A stretch of DNA of 63,178 bases, counting the filler, from Folioceros fuciformis (taxonomy: Eukaryota): the NCBI GenBank assembly GCA_049999805.1. It is 4 parts of 4 records of this genome, joined end to end, with 100 filler letters (N's around TTAATTAATTAA, not from the genome) between each part and the next. Parts side by side here need not be neighbours in the genome. Positions count along the whole stretch, not along the records: positions 1 to 21,482 come from JBNGIO010005380.1; positions 21,583 to 50,877 come from JBNGIO010005382.1; 2 more parts are not named here. One strand, written 5' to 3'. The translations under genes and the position numbers were made by a program. The notes under the pieces were generated by a model. That model saw only the letters and a program-made list of their open reading frames with translations. It was not told where the DNA came from and did not search any database. Position 1 is the first letter of the stretch, and every line of letters begins with the position of its first letter. This document shows, piece by piece, positions 13,285 through 25,747 of this stretch.

Positions 13285-15548
13285 ATGGCTGGGACATCTG
13301 GAGCCTCGGTCAGAGGCAGGGGAGTGCAGTACAGCGGATGCATAGCTTCTGAGGAGCTGGGTGCGGTGGGAGCGGGGATCGAGGGATGGCTGGACAATCC
13401 TGCCGTTGTGGTAGCAATGACGCAGGATCATGTTGCCCTGGCCTGCCGGCAGGCTATGGTCATCGAGACCGGGTGGAAGCACCCTGAAGATCCGCAGCCC
13501 CCGGTGTTGCTTCATGTGGAGTGCGTGGAGGTTGCTGAGCGCGTCACTTCTCTTGAATGGGTCGTATTCCAGAACTGCGTGGCTGCTGCTGTGGGCACTT
13601 CACACGGTGCCCTGCTTCTCTACTCTCACAGGGGGACATTGCTCCTGAAGCAGGTAACTTGGCAGAACCGTGATGTGTGGAGTAAATCGGTCACATTTGC
13701 ACTGGCTCTGACGCAAGTGAACGGATCGGTTTTGGTTCACATGAATGACTGTGCCGTGCAGGTGTTTCCGTATGGACCTATCCTGCGCGTCAGATCGCGT
13801 GGGAGTGGCAATATGTGTAATGATACGTCGGAGGATTTGTGTCTTCTCTTCCCGAAAACGATTTTGCGGGTTGATGTGTATGACTTGCGGGTGAGTTGCT
13901 CTGTCCATTTTAGTTTGCTCTCGGATGGTTTTCTCACTGGTAATTGGGCCTAGAGTTGCCGAGTTCTTCAAACCTTTTGACACCGTTCATAATATTGCCT
14001 GAAGTTGATGGTGCGCAGGCGTCTCTTGGAGACAGATGAAGCCAATGGGGAATGGGCAGTTGGCGAAAGATCCTCCGATGAATTCAACAAGCTCCAATAT
14101 CAGATGTGGAAGGTGTCAGCAGGTTCCTCCAACTGTGTTGATGGAGCTATCACTGGAGTTATCGCCCCTCCTTTGATGGAACTCGAGGTACAATCTTAAG
14201 AAAGTGACGGTGGTTGGCTGTGTGGCTTGGATGCTTAAAGCTGTTAAGTTGATGAAGAATTCAGTGGAGCGGGAAGTCATTTCTTAGATCTGGGCGCATT
14301 GTGGTACTAAGGGCCGTGGTTGGGTCCTCTCATCTTACGTACAGTGATGTTTGCAAGTGGATACAGCATGGCAAGCGACACTTTTGCGCAGCAGTGGTTG
14401 GGGCCGATTGTACTGTTGCAGCGTACAGGTAGACCAGCTTTCTGTGTCTCCTATCGTTTCATGCTGCCGTTTCCAGTTGGTGCTGGACAATGAAACAAAT
14501 GCAAGTCCAGGGTGTCTGAAGATAAGGGTGGTTCATTAGCGGGTGCACTGCTTTCGAAGGGTGTGACGGCAACTGTGTCGACAATATCCAGCTTGAGCAA
14601 AGTGCTTTGGCGAAGCGATCCGCCAGCCGATAGCAGGCCAGTTGAAGTCAAGCCCCAAGCGTTCGCTAGAGGTGAAAAAGTTCAAATTGTTCACTTTGTC
14701 CTGCTCTATGTTTCATACGTGCACAGCTTAAGTGAGTCTATGCTGCTCTGCATCTATGTGAATCGTATGTGGGTTTTGTCGTACAGCTTCTGTCATGACT
14801 TCGTTCAAGGATGCACCTAGAAAAGGTGAAAGCATCGCGATCTCGCCAAGCGGCAATCTGGCTGCTGTAACTGATTCCCTAGGGCGAGTGTTACTAATTG
14901 ATGTACAGGCTCTTGTTGTAATACGCTTATGGAAGGTATCTACGCACTGGAAACAGGTTCCGTATGGTTGAACATATTGCACCAGGCTCCCTTCCCGATG
15001 AATAATGCTGTGATGAAATTCTTGGGCTGCTTGCAGGGTTATCGTGATGCCAACTGCCATTTCCTAGAAGCACCTTTTGCTGGAACTGCCGCTCTCTCCA
15101 GTTATGGGGACCTACGACCTGAACAGGCGAGCTCTGTCAGAAAGCATGACTTCTTTCTTTGCCTGGCCATACATGCTCCTCGACGTGGTGTTGTCGAGGT
15201 AATAAAAATTCTTTACTTTCGCGCGGCGTAGAGTGTAGATGCGTCCATGTATGATAGTCCTTTGTTGGTGTGTGTCATGCCTCTCACCACCTTGTTTGTC
15301 TGCAGGTCTGGAAGCTCCGGTATGGTTCACGGATATCAGTTGTAAGATGTGGGGAAAGCTCACGGCTGTTGCAGCCTTCCTGTAAATTCAGATCTTCTTC
15401 AGCTAATGACACAGAGCATGGTTACTTGCCAGCACAAGTGTACATTTTCAATGGGCAGTCAGGACAGCTGTCCCTTCTCAATCCCTTCACGACCACATCA
15501 GACAAGTTGTTCTGCCTTGCCAATTGTCAAGTTTCTAACACCCACTAG
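13285..15548 (+). CDS. RAB3GAP2: Rab3 GTPase-activating protein non-catalytic subunit (short plant form), multi-exon; start codon could be 13195 or 13285
   Basis: GCIASEELGAVGAGIEGWL; GTSHGALLLYS; CVDGAITGVIAPPLMEL; DAPRKGESIAISPSGNLAAVTDSLGRVLLID; IRLWK|GYRDANC; LAIHAPRRGVVE|VW; canonical GT-AG introns. Confidence 0.88.
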
Positions 15549-16019
15549 CTAGCTAGTCTCGTGAGGAGCAAAGCTGAGGTATCTTCTTGTATGGCAGATG
15601 AGTATGAAGAAGGGGTTGCAACGAATATGGGTGTGGAGTGGGCTTAGACGAGGCGTAGTCTGTGCTCAGCCGTTCCTTGGCTCTGGCGTAATTAGGCTCC
15701 GTTCAGACTCGAGACGCCTGTCCCGCAATCCAGACTCTGCTCTTCGTTAGCGGTCTTCGACATGGCTTAGGACCGGCCATTTTCAACATCAGTTCCGAGG
15801 GCCGTAGATTGCAGAGGAAACCCGCAAGCGCTGATGGTCACTACAGATACTTTTGTGCCAGATCCCTGTCTCCGCTTTGGGTTTGAATATGAAGTTTAGC
15901 TGCTGAAGTTAAAAATCCACTCCGGCCATCGCGCACTCAAAAGAAGGGTTACGGTTTGTGCTATCTCTTTCTTTCAAATACAGTGCTTTTCGTTCAGAGT
16001 TAGTTAAGGGCATGCCAGT

Positions 16020-16680
16020 TTAGAGTTTAGGGTTTTCAGTTGGGCCTTGGTGATAGATGGAGGAGTTTACGGTTTATAGTTAGGGCCTGGTCGTGGATGG
16101 AGGAGTTGGGGCTTGGTGGTGGATGGATGAGTTGGGGTTTGATGGTGGAGGAAGGAGTTGGGCCTTGGTGGTGGATGGAGGCGCCGGCTGTGACATTGGG
16201 GTCATGTTAGTTCAGGGTTTATGTGGGGTTGCGGTTATGCCCGCACCAGGTGGGGCTAGATTCCTTGAAGGCAAGCATGCAATCTGCGTTGGGCGTCGGG
16301 TCATGCTAGTTTAATGTTTATGCGCGGTTAGGGTTATGCTTGCTCCATATGGGGCTGGATTCTTTGAAGGCAAGCATGCAGTCTGGGTTAGGTGTTCGGT
16401 TTAGGGTATATGCAGGGTTGGGGTTATGCCTGCTCCAAGTGGGGCTGGATTCCTTTGAAGGAAAGCATGCAGTCTAGGTTGGGCGTCGGGTCATGCTAGT
16501 TTAGGGTTTATGCCCACTCCATGGAGGGCTGGATTCCTTGAAGGCATGCTAGTTTAGGGTTTATGCCCACTCCATGGAGGGCTGGATTCCTTGAAGGCAA
16601 GCATGCAGTCTAGGTTAAGTGTTGGGTCATGCTAGTTTAGGGTTTTTGTGGGGTTGGGGCTATGCCTGCTCCAAGTGGGT
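16020..16680. repeat. Degenerate tandem repeat (~50-100 bp units) containing TTTAGGG telomere-like motifs
   Basis: Recurring blocks gggtcatgctagtttagggttt and ggctggattccttgaaggcaagcatgca. TTTAGGG occurs at 16026, 16400, 16500, 16553 and 16636. Confidence 0.8.
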
Positions 16681-16689
16681 AGTGGGAAG

Positions 16690-18100
16690 CAAGTTGCGGA
16701 AGTGTACTTGAATAACATTCCAAGGAAGCTACAGAACAAAATGACTACACAACTATCGGGAACAGTAGTAGTACACGTTGAAGGATGCTTACGCAATTGC
16801 TAAGAAGATGGATTCGACGGAAGCATGCAGTAGAGCTCTTGTAGAGCAAATGCAAAGGCCAAGCAGCTACCAACCAAGACTTAGAGAGGGAGTAAGGCAG
16901 CAATTCAAATTTGGAGTGAAAAGAGTTTATGGTAGGCCAAGGCAGGTTAACAGGGCCATGAACATAATGGAGGATAGGGGTTACAAGTGTGGGAGCCCAA
17001 CACACAAAGCGAAGGAATGTTCTTACTCATTTAGGGAGGATAGAGCTCATGTGAAGTGCAGCGGGTGCGATTGAATAGGCCATACGGAAGTTGTGTGTTG
17101 GCAACAACATTCAGAATTAAAACCAGCAACAGGCCAGTCTAGCAACAATGCTAGTGAAGTGGGTGCACCCACTTGAGGCAAGACACGCGCAAAGTGAAGG
17201 TGAAGGTACTGCCTAAAGGGAAGAAAACAAAGATGGTGAAGGCTGACGATTTGGAAGTGTTGCCGCAAAGCTTGGCGCTTTGATCGCAAGGAGACGAAAC
17301 GATGATGAGGAATCTGAAGAAGAAGAAGAAGTGATGCCCGTGTATGCAGCACATGAAACAATGGCTGTCACATGACAACAACATGCTAGAGGAATGTAAT
17401 ATTTGCCTATGACAAAGGAGAATGAAAATGTTGAAGAGGGAGTGGAAGAAATAGACAATAGCCGACGTTAATGACACACATTTGCTATGATGCCTACTAG
17501 TTTCAACAAAAAGAGCGACAACCAACAGCATTGTCAAATGAAGGAGTCAGTATGGAGCAACCATACTAGAATTCAGCAACTGTTTGTGCTCGATGACGGG
17601 TGAATGCACCATACTACGAATGTAGTAGAGGCGAACTATTACTCTTATGAAGGAGAGAGTCTAGCACTTGTGAGAGCAGTGATGCATTTCCGAGTCTATC
17701 TATATGGACAAAGATTTGAAGTCATCATAGATCATCAACAATTGCATTGGTTGATGATAAACAATAAGTTGACAAGGAAACTTGCTAGGTGAGCTATTCT
17801 TGCAAGAGTTTGACTTCACTAGAACACATTGTGCAAGGAAGACACATTTGAATGTTGATGCGCTATCTACGAACCCATTGGAAAGTAGCATGGATCTTAA
17901 TGAGGCACGATATGATTGGATCATGACATTGCAAGTTATCACTTTGAGTCGCAACTTGGCTGAGCTTGTAACGTATGAACCAAAGGAGCAAGCCTATGTT
18001 ATGAGGGCCAATTGTGTTCGAGATGCATGGGCATATTAGTAGTTAATGGATTACCATCGGATTGGCTAAATAGCTAATGGGACTTCAATGGCACAAGGAT
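16690..18100 (+). mobile_element. Degenerate Ty3/gypsy retrotransposon fragments (gag zinc knuckles, RNase H)
   Basis: YKCGSPTHKAKEC knuckle; RNase H NYYSYEGESLALVRAVMHFRVYLYGQRFEVIIDHQ and LQEFDF...H.NVDALS; many stops. Confidence 0.75.
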
Positions 18101-18129
18101 CAACTGCAACATAGGGAAAATCGATACAT

Positions 18130-19205
18130 GTGGAAAGATAGCAAGTTGTACATGAAGGAACGCTAGAAGAGCCATATGGTGAAGGAGGAGTGGAGGAAGC
18201 AAGGAGGAGAGGAGAAAGCGAGGTCTCAAACTCTCACTGTCTCTCAATATTGCAAGGGAGCTCAAAGGAGGTATTTATATCCTCCAGAAGAGCTCCCAAG
18301 GAAGCTTCATAAGAAGCGCATAGGAAGCTGCGCAAGAAGCTTCTTACAGATTAGCTTAAGCCAATCTAAACAAATGATACTTAACTAGACACTAATCTTA
18401 GACTAAACACATTAGTCTAAGCATATTGGGCTTTAATAACCCTACAACCTCCCACTTAAAGGCCAATTTACCTTCATAGGAGAGTGGTCTACCTTATGCC
18501 TATGAGTGTTCGAGCTTGTGCGAATTGCTCCGTAAAGAGCCCCTTGGTAAAAATATATGTAGGGTTCTGACTGGAGTGAACTTTGACAAGCTGCACCCTC
18601 TTGTCTTCCAACACCTCTCGAATGAAGTGATACTTCACTTCCACATCTTTGGTCTTTGCATGAAACACTAGATTCTTCACCAATTGGATAGCACTCTGGC
18701 TATCACAATGCAACACTGGCAACTCAACCTTGATCCCCAAGTCTCCCACTAAACGAGCAAGCCACATGGCTTCCTTGCAAGCCTCAGTCGCTGCAACATA
18801 CTTGGCCTCTGTGGTAAATACCGTTATGCACTATTGCAAATGAGATCGCCATGAGACTGCCCCTCCAGTGCACATGAAGACATAACCTGATGTGGACCTC
18901 CTTTTGTCCATATCCCTTGCATAATCAGCATCCGTATATCCAACGACAAATGCATCTTCACTACCAAAACATATGCACAAAGCTTTTGTACCATTTAAAT
19001 ACCGCATAACTTCTTTTACAGCCTCCCAATGCTTCCTGCCAGAGTTTGACATAAACCTACTAACCACTCCCACTGCAAAAGCAATGTTAGGACGTATAGC
19101 AATCATTGCATACATCAAACTCCCTATAGCTGATGAGTATGGAACCTTCTCCATTTCAACTTTGTCCTCCGTAGAGCTTGGGCAATCCTTGTGTGGGGAA
19201 AAATA
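18130..19205 (-). mobile_element. Ty1/copia 3' fragment: end of RT, RNase H, PPT and 3' LTR
   Basis: KVPYSSAIGSLMYAM; GYTDADYA.D.DKRRSTSGYVF; CDSQSAIQL..N.VFHAKTK. Minus-strand PPT aagtgggagg (18457-18448) is followed by TGTA at 18446. The distal LTR end is approximate. Confidence 0.9.
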
Positions 19206-21200
19206 TTGCACCCGGGGGTGCTGCAAGGTCCACACAAACCCTCTTTGTCGTTATAGCACTGGGATTCGATCCCAAGGGAATGATTTGTGTTAAATAACGC
19301 GGGTTGTCTCACAAAGTCAACTACTACCCAGGTCAGGCTCGCACGGTTACTACTACCACTGTTGAAAGTATTTTATGACATTTAAATACTATACATTACC
19401 AACATTGTTACTAAGTTAAGTTACATAGTTTGTTTGGTTGTTTTAGCAATTATGGCGGTTGCATGCTTTATGAGCGTTTTTGTATCAATCACAATGCAAT
19501 GAATGTGTGTGCTTTTGAGGATCATGTTTGTGTAAAAGCATTGAAGAATGTGAACATGGTATCAGAGCTCAACGCTTTGATCCTTGGGTCTTGCCATTCA
19601 TCATCTAGATTTGAGTGAATTTATTTTTCTCAAGAGAAATGAATTATCTTGTGTGTATGTGAGTTTTTGCCCAACCCACAATGCGTAGGAAGCATAATAA
19701 AAATGCCTCGGAAGAGCCCTTGGCTTCTTGAGTCAGAGAGATTCCTCAAGTCCAAGGGGACAGATCTGAATTGTTTTTCCACTGAATTTGAGTGGTTGTA
19801 TTTCTAAGAACTTGTCACTCTGCTGCAGGAAGCAGGTTGGAGGAGGTTTTTACAATCTTTCTTGATAAGGCATTTTTCAGATAAAGAAGCACCCGAATCA
19901 TCTCAGGCCAAGGATTATAGCAACCTATGCACTGGTGAGCCGGAAGGGAATTGCGCACACGGGAGAAATTTTGCTCGTAAAACGGTTACGGATGAAGACA
20001 TTCTGTTAAATTCCGTGATGAATCTACTGCAAGTTGCTGATCTCCTAACACAGGATTGAGTGCATGGAAAGACGAATGGCAAGTTACGAAAAGATCTGAC
20101 AAGATGACATGATCACTGTTGCGAACCTGGAGGTTTTTCAAAAGCAGTTGATTGCAGAAGTGGACACCCTGTCATGCCGGATATCTGCTGCAGGGTCAGC
20201 CACTCTCTGAATTGTTGAAGTTGGATAGTAGCAATGGCAACGACTTCCACTGATGCTAGGTCGGAGTGTCTCCAAGAAAGGGACAGGCTAACCTCATCAA
20301 ACTATGATTTTTGGAGTTTTCGGAGGAGTTGCCTGTTGGAGGTGAAGTTGCTGATGGGAGTGGTTGATGGATCGCAACCCAAACGGGTTGCTGGGCAGCC
20401 CTCCGGCACAAGAACTCCTGGAGGAACAGCAAAAACGTGGAACACGAAGGATGAGTTAGAATGGGAACATAAGGATAGAAAAGCAAAGAACATACTTGTG
20501 TCTGGTGTATCTCAAGAGATGATACCACACTTGAAACTATCTCAACATTTGGACTCTCCTATCAGATACTTACGAATCAAAAGATATCATGACAGAGATG
20601 GCAGCTACTCAGCACTTCTAGGGTTTGAAAATGCGGGAGTCAGACACTGTTGAAAGTCATGTAGCAAAGTTCAAAGCAGCAAGAGCAAGTCTGGGTGCTT
20701 GTGGTGTAGTGTTGGATGAAGGACGAGCAGCTATGTAGTTGCTCTGCTCCTTACCTCCTAGCTACGAGCAGTGGAGCTCAAGTCAGCAGGCGGCAGCAAC
20801 CTCCACCATAGCCTCAAAGGGTACACCTGCAACATCAAGCCTCACTGTGCAGAAGTTAGTGGGAGCACTACTTTAGGCTGAGTTAAACAGGAAGTTGATG
20901 AAGGGAGGAGGTTCAAGTGGGTATCCTCACCGGCAGAGTGATACAGCTCTCTTCAATGGGAGAGGGCGAGGTCGAGGCAAAAGCAGAGGTCGTGGTGGCT
21001 TTGGTTGTGGTAGGGGACAAACGTTCCAGTCAGCTTCCAACCCTAATGCATCAAGTAGCAAAACACCAGGAGTCTGCAATTACTGCCACAAGCCAGGACA
21101 CTGGATCAAAGAATGCCGCAAGAAGAAGTTAGATGAAGCAGCTACTGTTGTAATAAAAGGAAAGCAGCCAGAATGTCAATTTGGGAGTCGCAAAAGGTGA
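19206..21200 (+). mobile_element. Ty1/copia 5' fragment: LTR, tRNA-Met PBS, degenerate gag
   Basis: LTR end ..aaca(19556) followed by PBS tggtatcagagc (19557-19568); gag LTSSNYDFWSF and W..KDRKAKNILV; knuckle CNYCHKPGHWIKEC; frameshifts and stops. The LTR start is approximate. Confidence 0.85.
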
Positions 21201-21482
21201 GAGCCGCGGAGCGCAGAGCCCTTGTGCGTGCAAACTACCAAATGTAATTGATTATGAATAATAAACAAAATTGTCTTTAAGTATTATTTTATGCATAACC
21301 CTATTATTTACTTAAGTTGGGTCGTATAGGGTTACCCCCCCTCGACACTCCCTCTTAACCTAACGGCGTCAACTTATTACGGCGTCAGAGGAAAGCTCAG
21401 CACCACGTTCCGTTCTGTGAGGAAGCGGAAACGCCATCGCCCAGTACTGTCGAGCTCCAGACTCCAAAGATGGTCAAATCCA

Positions 21483-21582
21483 NNNNNNNNNNNNNNNNNN
21501 NNNNNNNNNNNNNNNNNNNNNNNNNNTTAATTAATTAANNNNNNNNNNNNNNNNNNNNNNNNNNNNNNNNNNNNNNNNNNNN
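21483..21582. other. Assembly gap with artificial six-frame stop linker (N44-TTAATTAATTAA-N44)
   Basis: The identical 100-bp structure recurs at 50878-50977 and 60310-60409. Confidence 0.97.
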
Positions 21583-21801
21583 GACAGGAGGAGGTGTCCA
21601 GTTGTGTGCAGGGCTTTCGGTGTGGGACAGGAGGAGGTGTCCAGTTGTGTGCAGGGCTTTCGGTGTGGGACAGGAGGAGGTGTCCAGTTGTGTGCAGGGC
21701 TTTCGGTGTGGGACAGGAGGAGGTGTCCAGTTGTGTGCAGGGCTTTCGGTGTGGGACAAGAGACGGTGTCTAAATTGTGAGCAGGGGCTTTGGTGGTGTG
21801 G
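21583..21801. repeat. 43-bp minisatellite: 4 perfect copies plus 1 degenerate copy, running into the gap
   Basis: Unit gacaggaggaggtgtccagttgtgtgcagggctttcggtgtgg starts at 21583, 21626, 21669 and 21712. Confidence 0.95.
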
Positions 21802-24462
21802 GATTAGACTGGGACAAGAGAGGTGACAAATGCTGAACAGGCTAGACTTTCGATATGGGACGTCGAGAGGACGGGTTTTCGGTGGCGTGAGTTAGGAGAA
21901 GTAAGTGAAACGTCGCATATCATCGTCTGGAAGATGTAATTGTAAAAGTGCGGGTGGACATATCTGCATGAGGCTGACAATATTATCCGTCGTTTCGAGA
22001 TTACATTCATCGAGTGTAGAAAGTAAAGTTTGGATTTAAACTACTACAGGCACGGGCGGGTCGCACATACTATTTCTGATCAATGCAGTTCGTTGCTGTA
22101 GCGATGACGCATTTTCATGTGGGACACGCCAAGAATGTTACTCGGCGAACTGATTTTAGCTGTACCTTCCGATTTAGCGACGATGGTTAGTACACTGCCC
22201 AGTTACTAACTCGTCAAGGAGAAAACTTGATACCATCAAGCTAGGAGCCAACTTTGCGACAGGGCGGACAACCTGGACGATATACAACTCTTTAGGCAGA
22301 AAGGGTTTCAGCCTGAAAACATCTGATGATCACTTCAACTTAGGGGCCACATCACTTCCATTCAGGGGCCACATCACTTCAACTTCAGCCACGCAATACA
22401 TTACAGACATGGCTGTGGTTTACAACCTCTCCCAGGAAGTGGACAAGATGTCGCAATTATGATTCACTCTTGAACTGAGGACTGCTCTAGGACTGTACAG
22501 AACTGGAATGAAAACCCATTTTCGGTCCAGACAACCCGTCTCATCTGTGGTGACCGAAAAACGATTGGATGACACATTGCGGGAGACTCAATAACGAAGA
22601 ATCTCCGACGGTGAGACAACTTTGCCAACGAGAAACGAACCTGCCCGCACTCTGCCTTCAGGAAAACTCACCTATGCTGGTATCAGTGGCTCTTGGAACA
22701 CATTTCACATCACCTTCTGAGCGGCCGAGATCCCAAGAGCAATCAACGAGACCTCATCCAGCTCACATCAGATATTGTGAGCTGGATGTGAACACAGGTT
22801 GCGACCATCGTCTCCGAGTGCGTTCACGTCTGCACCTCGATAGTGCAAACCATACTATACAACACCAGAATGTCCACTACCAGTATACCAACTGCCCATA
22901 CTGCTTAACGTATTTGGGGTCAAAGCTGCTGGGACATGAGAATGCGAACCATTAGATCCTGCTTTGCTAACATACCTGTGTGATGCCGATCTACCTATGT
23001 TGAATTTGTGTCATGAAACCTGGAACGAAAGCAAATGAAGAAATTTCTCACGTCCCACAACGTTGTGGGAAGACGACACCATGAAGATATGTAAACATTC
23101 ATGGCTTCATTCGTTCACTGTATCCTGATTCACAGTGAGCCATCCTTCCGCAGCAAACGCATGGCCCAGCTCTAAAATAACCCGGGATGATGGTGAACGA
23201 GAGTCTAACTTCCTGATCCGATAGACACACCCTGCAAACAGTGTCGAACTGGCAACAGCGCAAACTGGTGGTTACCTCAAGGAAAAGCAGAGACTCGTGA
23301 CAGAGGAAAGGCGGACATCAACCAACCAACCAACCACCCACCCACCCAGTACCATCAGTGTAGTGTTCGGTGGGTAGGGCGTCTACCAACGGTAACCAGC
23401 CAAGAAATCAAAACCAGGTCTAACGGGTGCAGTAAAGTTATATACATTTACCAAACCTTGGTGAGTCCTCCCCTCCTTCTCACCTTCACCAGTCATCCAA
23501 TTAAGAATTTGCACACAGTCCTCAACTCAGCGATAGCGTTCATCGAAGCCGTGATAACGTTTACACCGTTCTCGGCATCGAGAAGATGGTCTGGAAAACA
23601 ATGAGACAGTCGCCCGCAAGGATTCTCCCCAATGTCCTGCTGACTCTTTGACCCTTGAACTTGAGGACAAACAGCATACAGCCTCCGTCCACCACTGCCG
23701 CCGCCGCAACGCCGCAAGTGGAACAGACAAGAAGAAGCTGTGCCACGTTGCCTTACTTGCGGCGTCTCCCGTCAACAAAGCCAGAGTGCCACCACGTAGC
23801 GAAGTGACTGTCTCATCGTCTTCTCGACTATCTTCCCCTGCCACCAGCCTCCAAGACCCTGCGCACGGCAAACCCTTGGATGCGCTTCAGCTCCGCCCCC
23901 AGGCAGCGAGGCCTCTGCTTCTTCCAGCTGCAAAAATTGCGACACTAAAGTGGCGCGTTGAGCTTTCCTGCTTGTCCCTCTTCCACAACCCGGAAGTCCC
24001 ATATCGTGCATGTGTAGGGCACGCTGACCTCCATAGGCGAGGTCGTGGGCGTGGCATGTCCACTACATTGGACCCGGTCGCACTGATTTAAAGTGTGACG
24101 CCCACGTCCTACGATTGCGACCCGAAGATATTTTCTTTACTTTTGAGCCCGGAGATATTTCCTAAAAATACACGGTGCATTTTGGACCACATAGTAGCAT
24201 GAGATATCGACATAAGAAAACAGGGATGAAAGACCCATTCCATGAGCTAACCAATATTGGAAACTCGATGTTCCTCCTCACAACAGAGGGCGTCCTGACT
24301 CATTCAAGAGCGTTGAGGAACAAAGTGGGTTGCAGCACTGGAGACCGTTTCCCATGAGCCCTCCCGTGCTCTGTTCAATCTGTAGCCGACAGTTATACTT
24401 TTCCCATGATCAAGCACCTGCCCTGTCCGTGTGTTAGGAGGATTTTCTCCTAATGTATCGAG

Positions 24463-25567
24463 TCAAGTGTACTCCGCAAGAGATTGTCCAGCGAAGTATT
24501 GCTCAAGGAGAACATTGTCGCTAGATTGCAGCTCCCACAGGTTCCCAGAAGCCACCACAGTGCCCTTGTTCAACAGAGTAGCTCTGGTGACTAGCCTTTT
24601 GACCTGTTCCGTGCTGTGCGAAACAAGGACTACGGTCAACCCCTGCTCTCGTTGTAGCTTGGAAATGGTCTCTTCAACCAAGGTTGTGGCTGCCTGGTGG
24701 CAGCAAACGAACTCAGTCCACTTCGCATGCAATACCCGCGAACAAATCCAAATGCAGCATCCAGGTTGACACGAGCTTGCCTGATCTAACGAGCTGGTCG
24801 GCTCATCCAGGAGCAAGACTTCCGGCTTGTTGGCAAGAGTTCTCGCGAGGGCAACTCGTTGAGCTTCACCCCCAGACAACTCCTTCACGTCCTTGTGCAT
24901 GAAGCTGACAGCGGGGTCCCCAATTCCCGACTGCAGCAGCAATTCTTGAACCTCCTCAGCCGGCAAATGGAGGCCTCTCAAAGCTGGGCCATACCGGACG
25001 TTGTCAGCCACAGTCCCTGCACATTCAGACGCATGACATCTCTGGTTATGGTGGTGGGCATGGAGAAAACCCAAGCCGTGAAGTCAACACAGGCAGAACT
25101 CAAAAGTGCTTGCCAGAGCAGTTTCTGCACCATCAAACAGGCAGGCTGTTTGGAACAACATGCCCACCCGTCGACGCAAGTGGATCACATCCAATTGTGT
25201 GACATCAAGCCCATCGAAAAAGACAGCCCCGGCAGGCGGCTCCCACATTCGGTTCAGCGCCCGCAGGACCGTTGTCTTGCCACTCCCAGAAGGGCCAATA
25301 AGGCCATGCACCTCACCCGCCATAATCTGCAGGCTGACTTCCTCCAGAAGAGGGGACCCATTCGCAGCTCTCCTCGTCAATCCCCGCACGCTGATCTTCA
25401 CGCCCGCACCAGCCGAGCTCTGGGGAGCCTTCTGCGCCACAAGCGTAGTTCTCGGTGGTGTGAGGAGAGAACAACACAACGCAGGCCAAGGAGACGATGC
25501 ATGCCAGAGTAAGGCTTACAGGGTTCGGTGCTGACAGAAACATCGGCTTGCACAAGGTCGCGGCCAT
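24463..25567 (-). CDS. STAR1: Bacterial-type ABC transporter ATPase subunit STAR1/ABCI17 (NAP3), multi-exon
   Basis: Walker [44 protein letters not shown]; signature [32 protein letters not shown]-loop LVSHS. Confidence 0.9.
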
Positions 25568-25747
25568 ATCGGATACTGGCGGTCTACAACATCCTCGTCC
25601 AAGCCCTATAAATTGCGGGCAGCAATGTTGTTCTAGAATGATGCTAATCTGCGAGCGTAATGCTTCGGGGATAGTTCCCCGCCCGCTAAAACTTTGTCCA
25701 ATTCGTCGTATCTTTACAACTGTGAATTCGGGCTAGGGGCCATACAT

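Noticed and set aside
21527-21538. TTAATTAATTAA as a biological palindrome or piggyBac TTAA site
   Set aside because: It is centred in identical N padding three times, so it is an assembly linker.
21583-21801. CRISPR-like array (also considered for 32455-32668)
   Set aside because: The units are contiguous with no unique spacers, there are no cas genes, and the context is eukaryotic.
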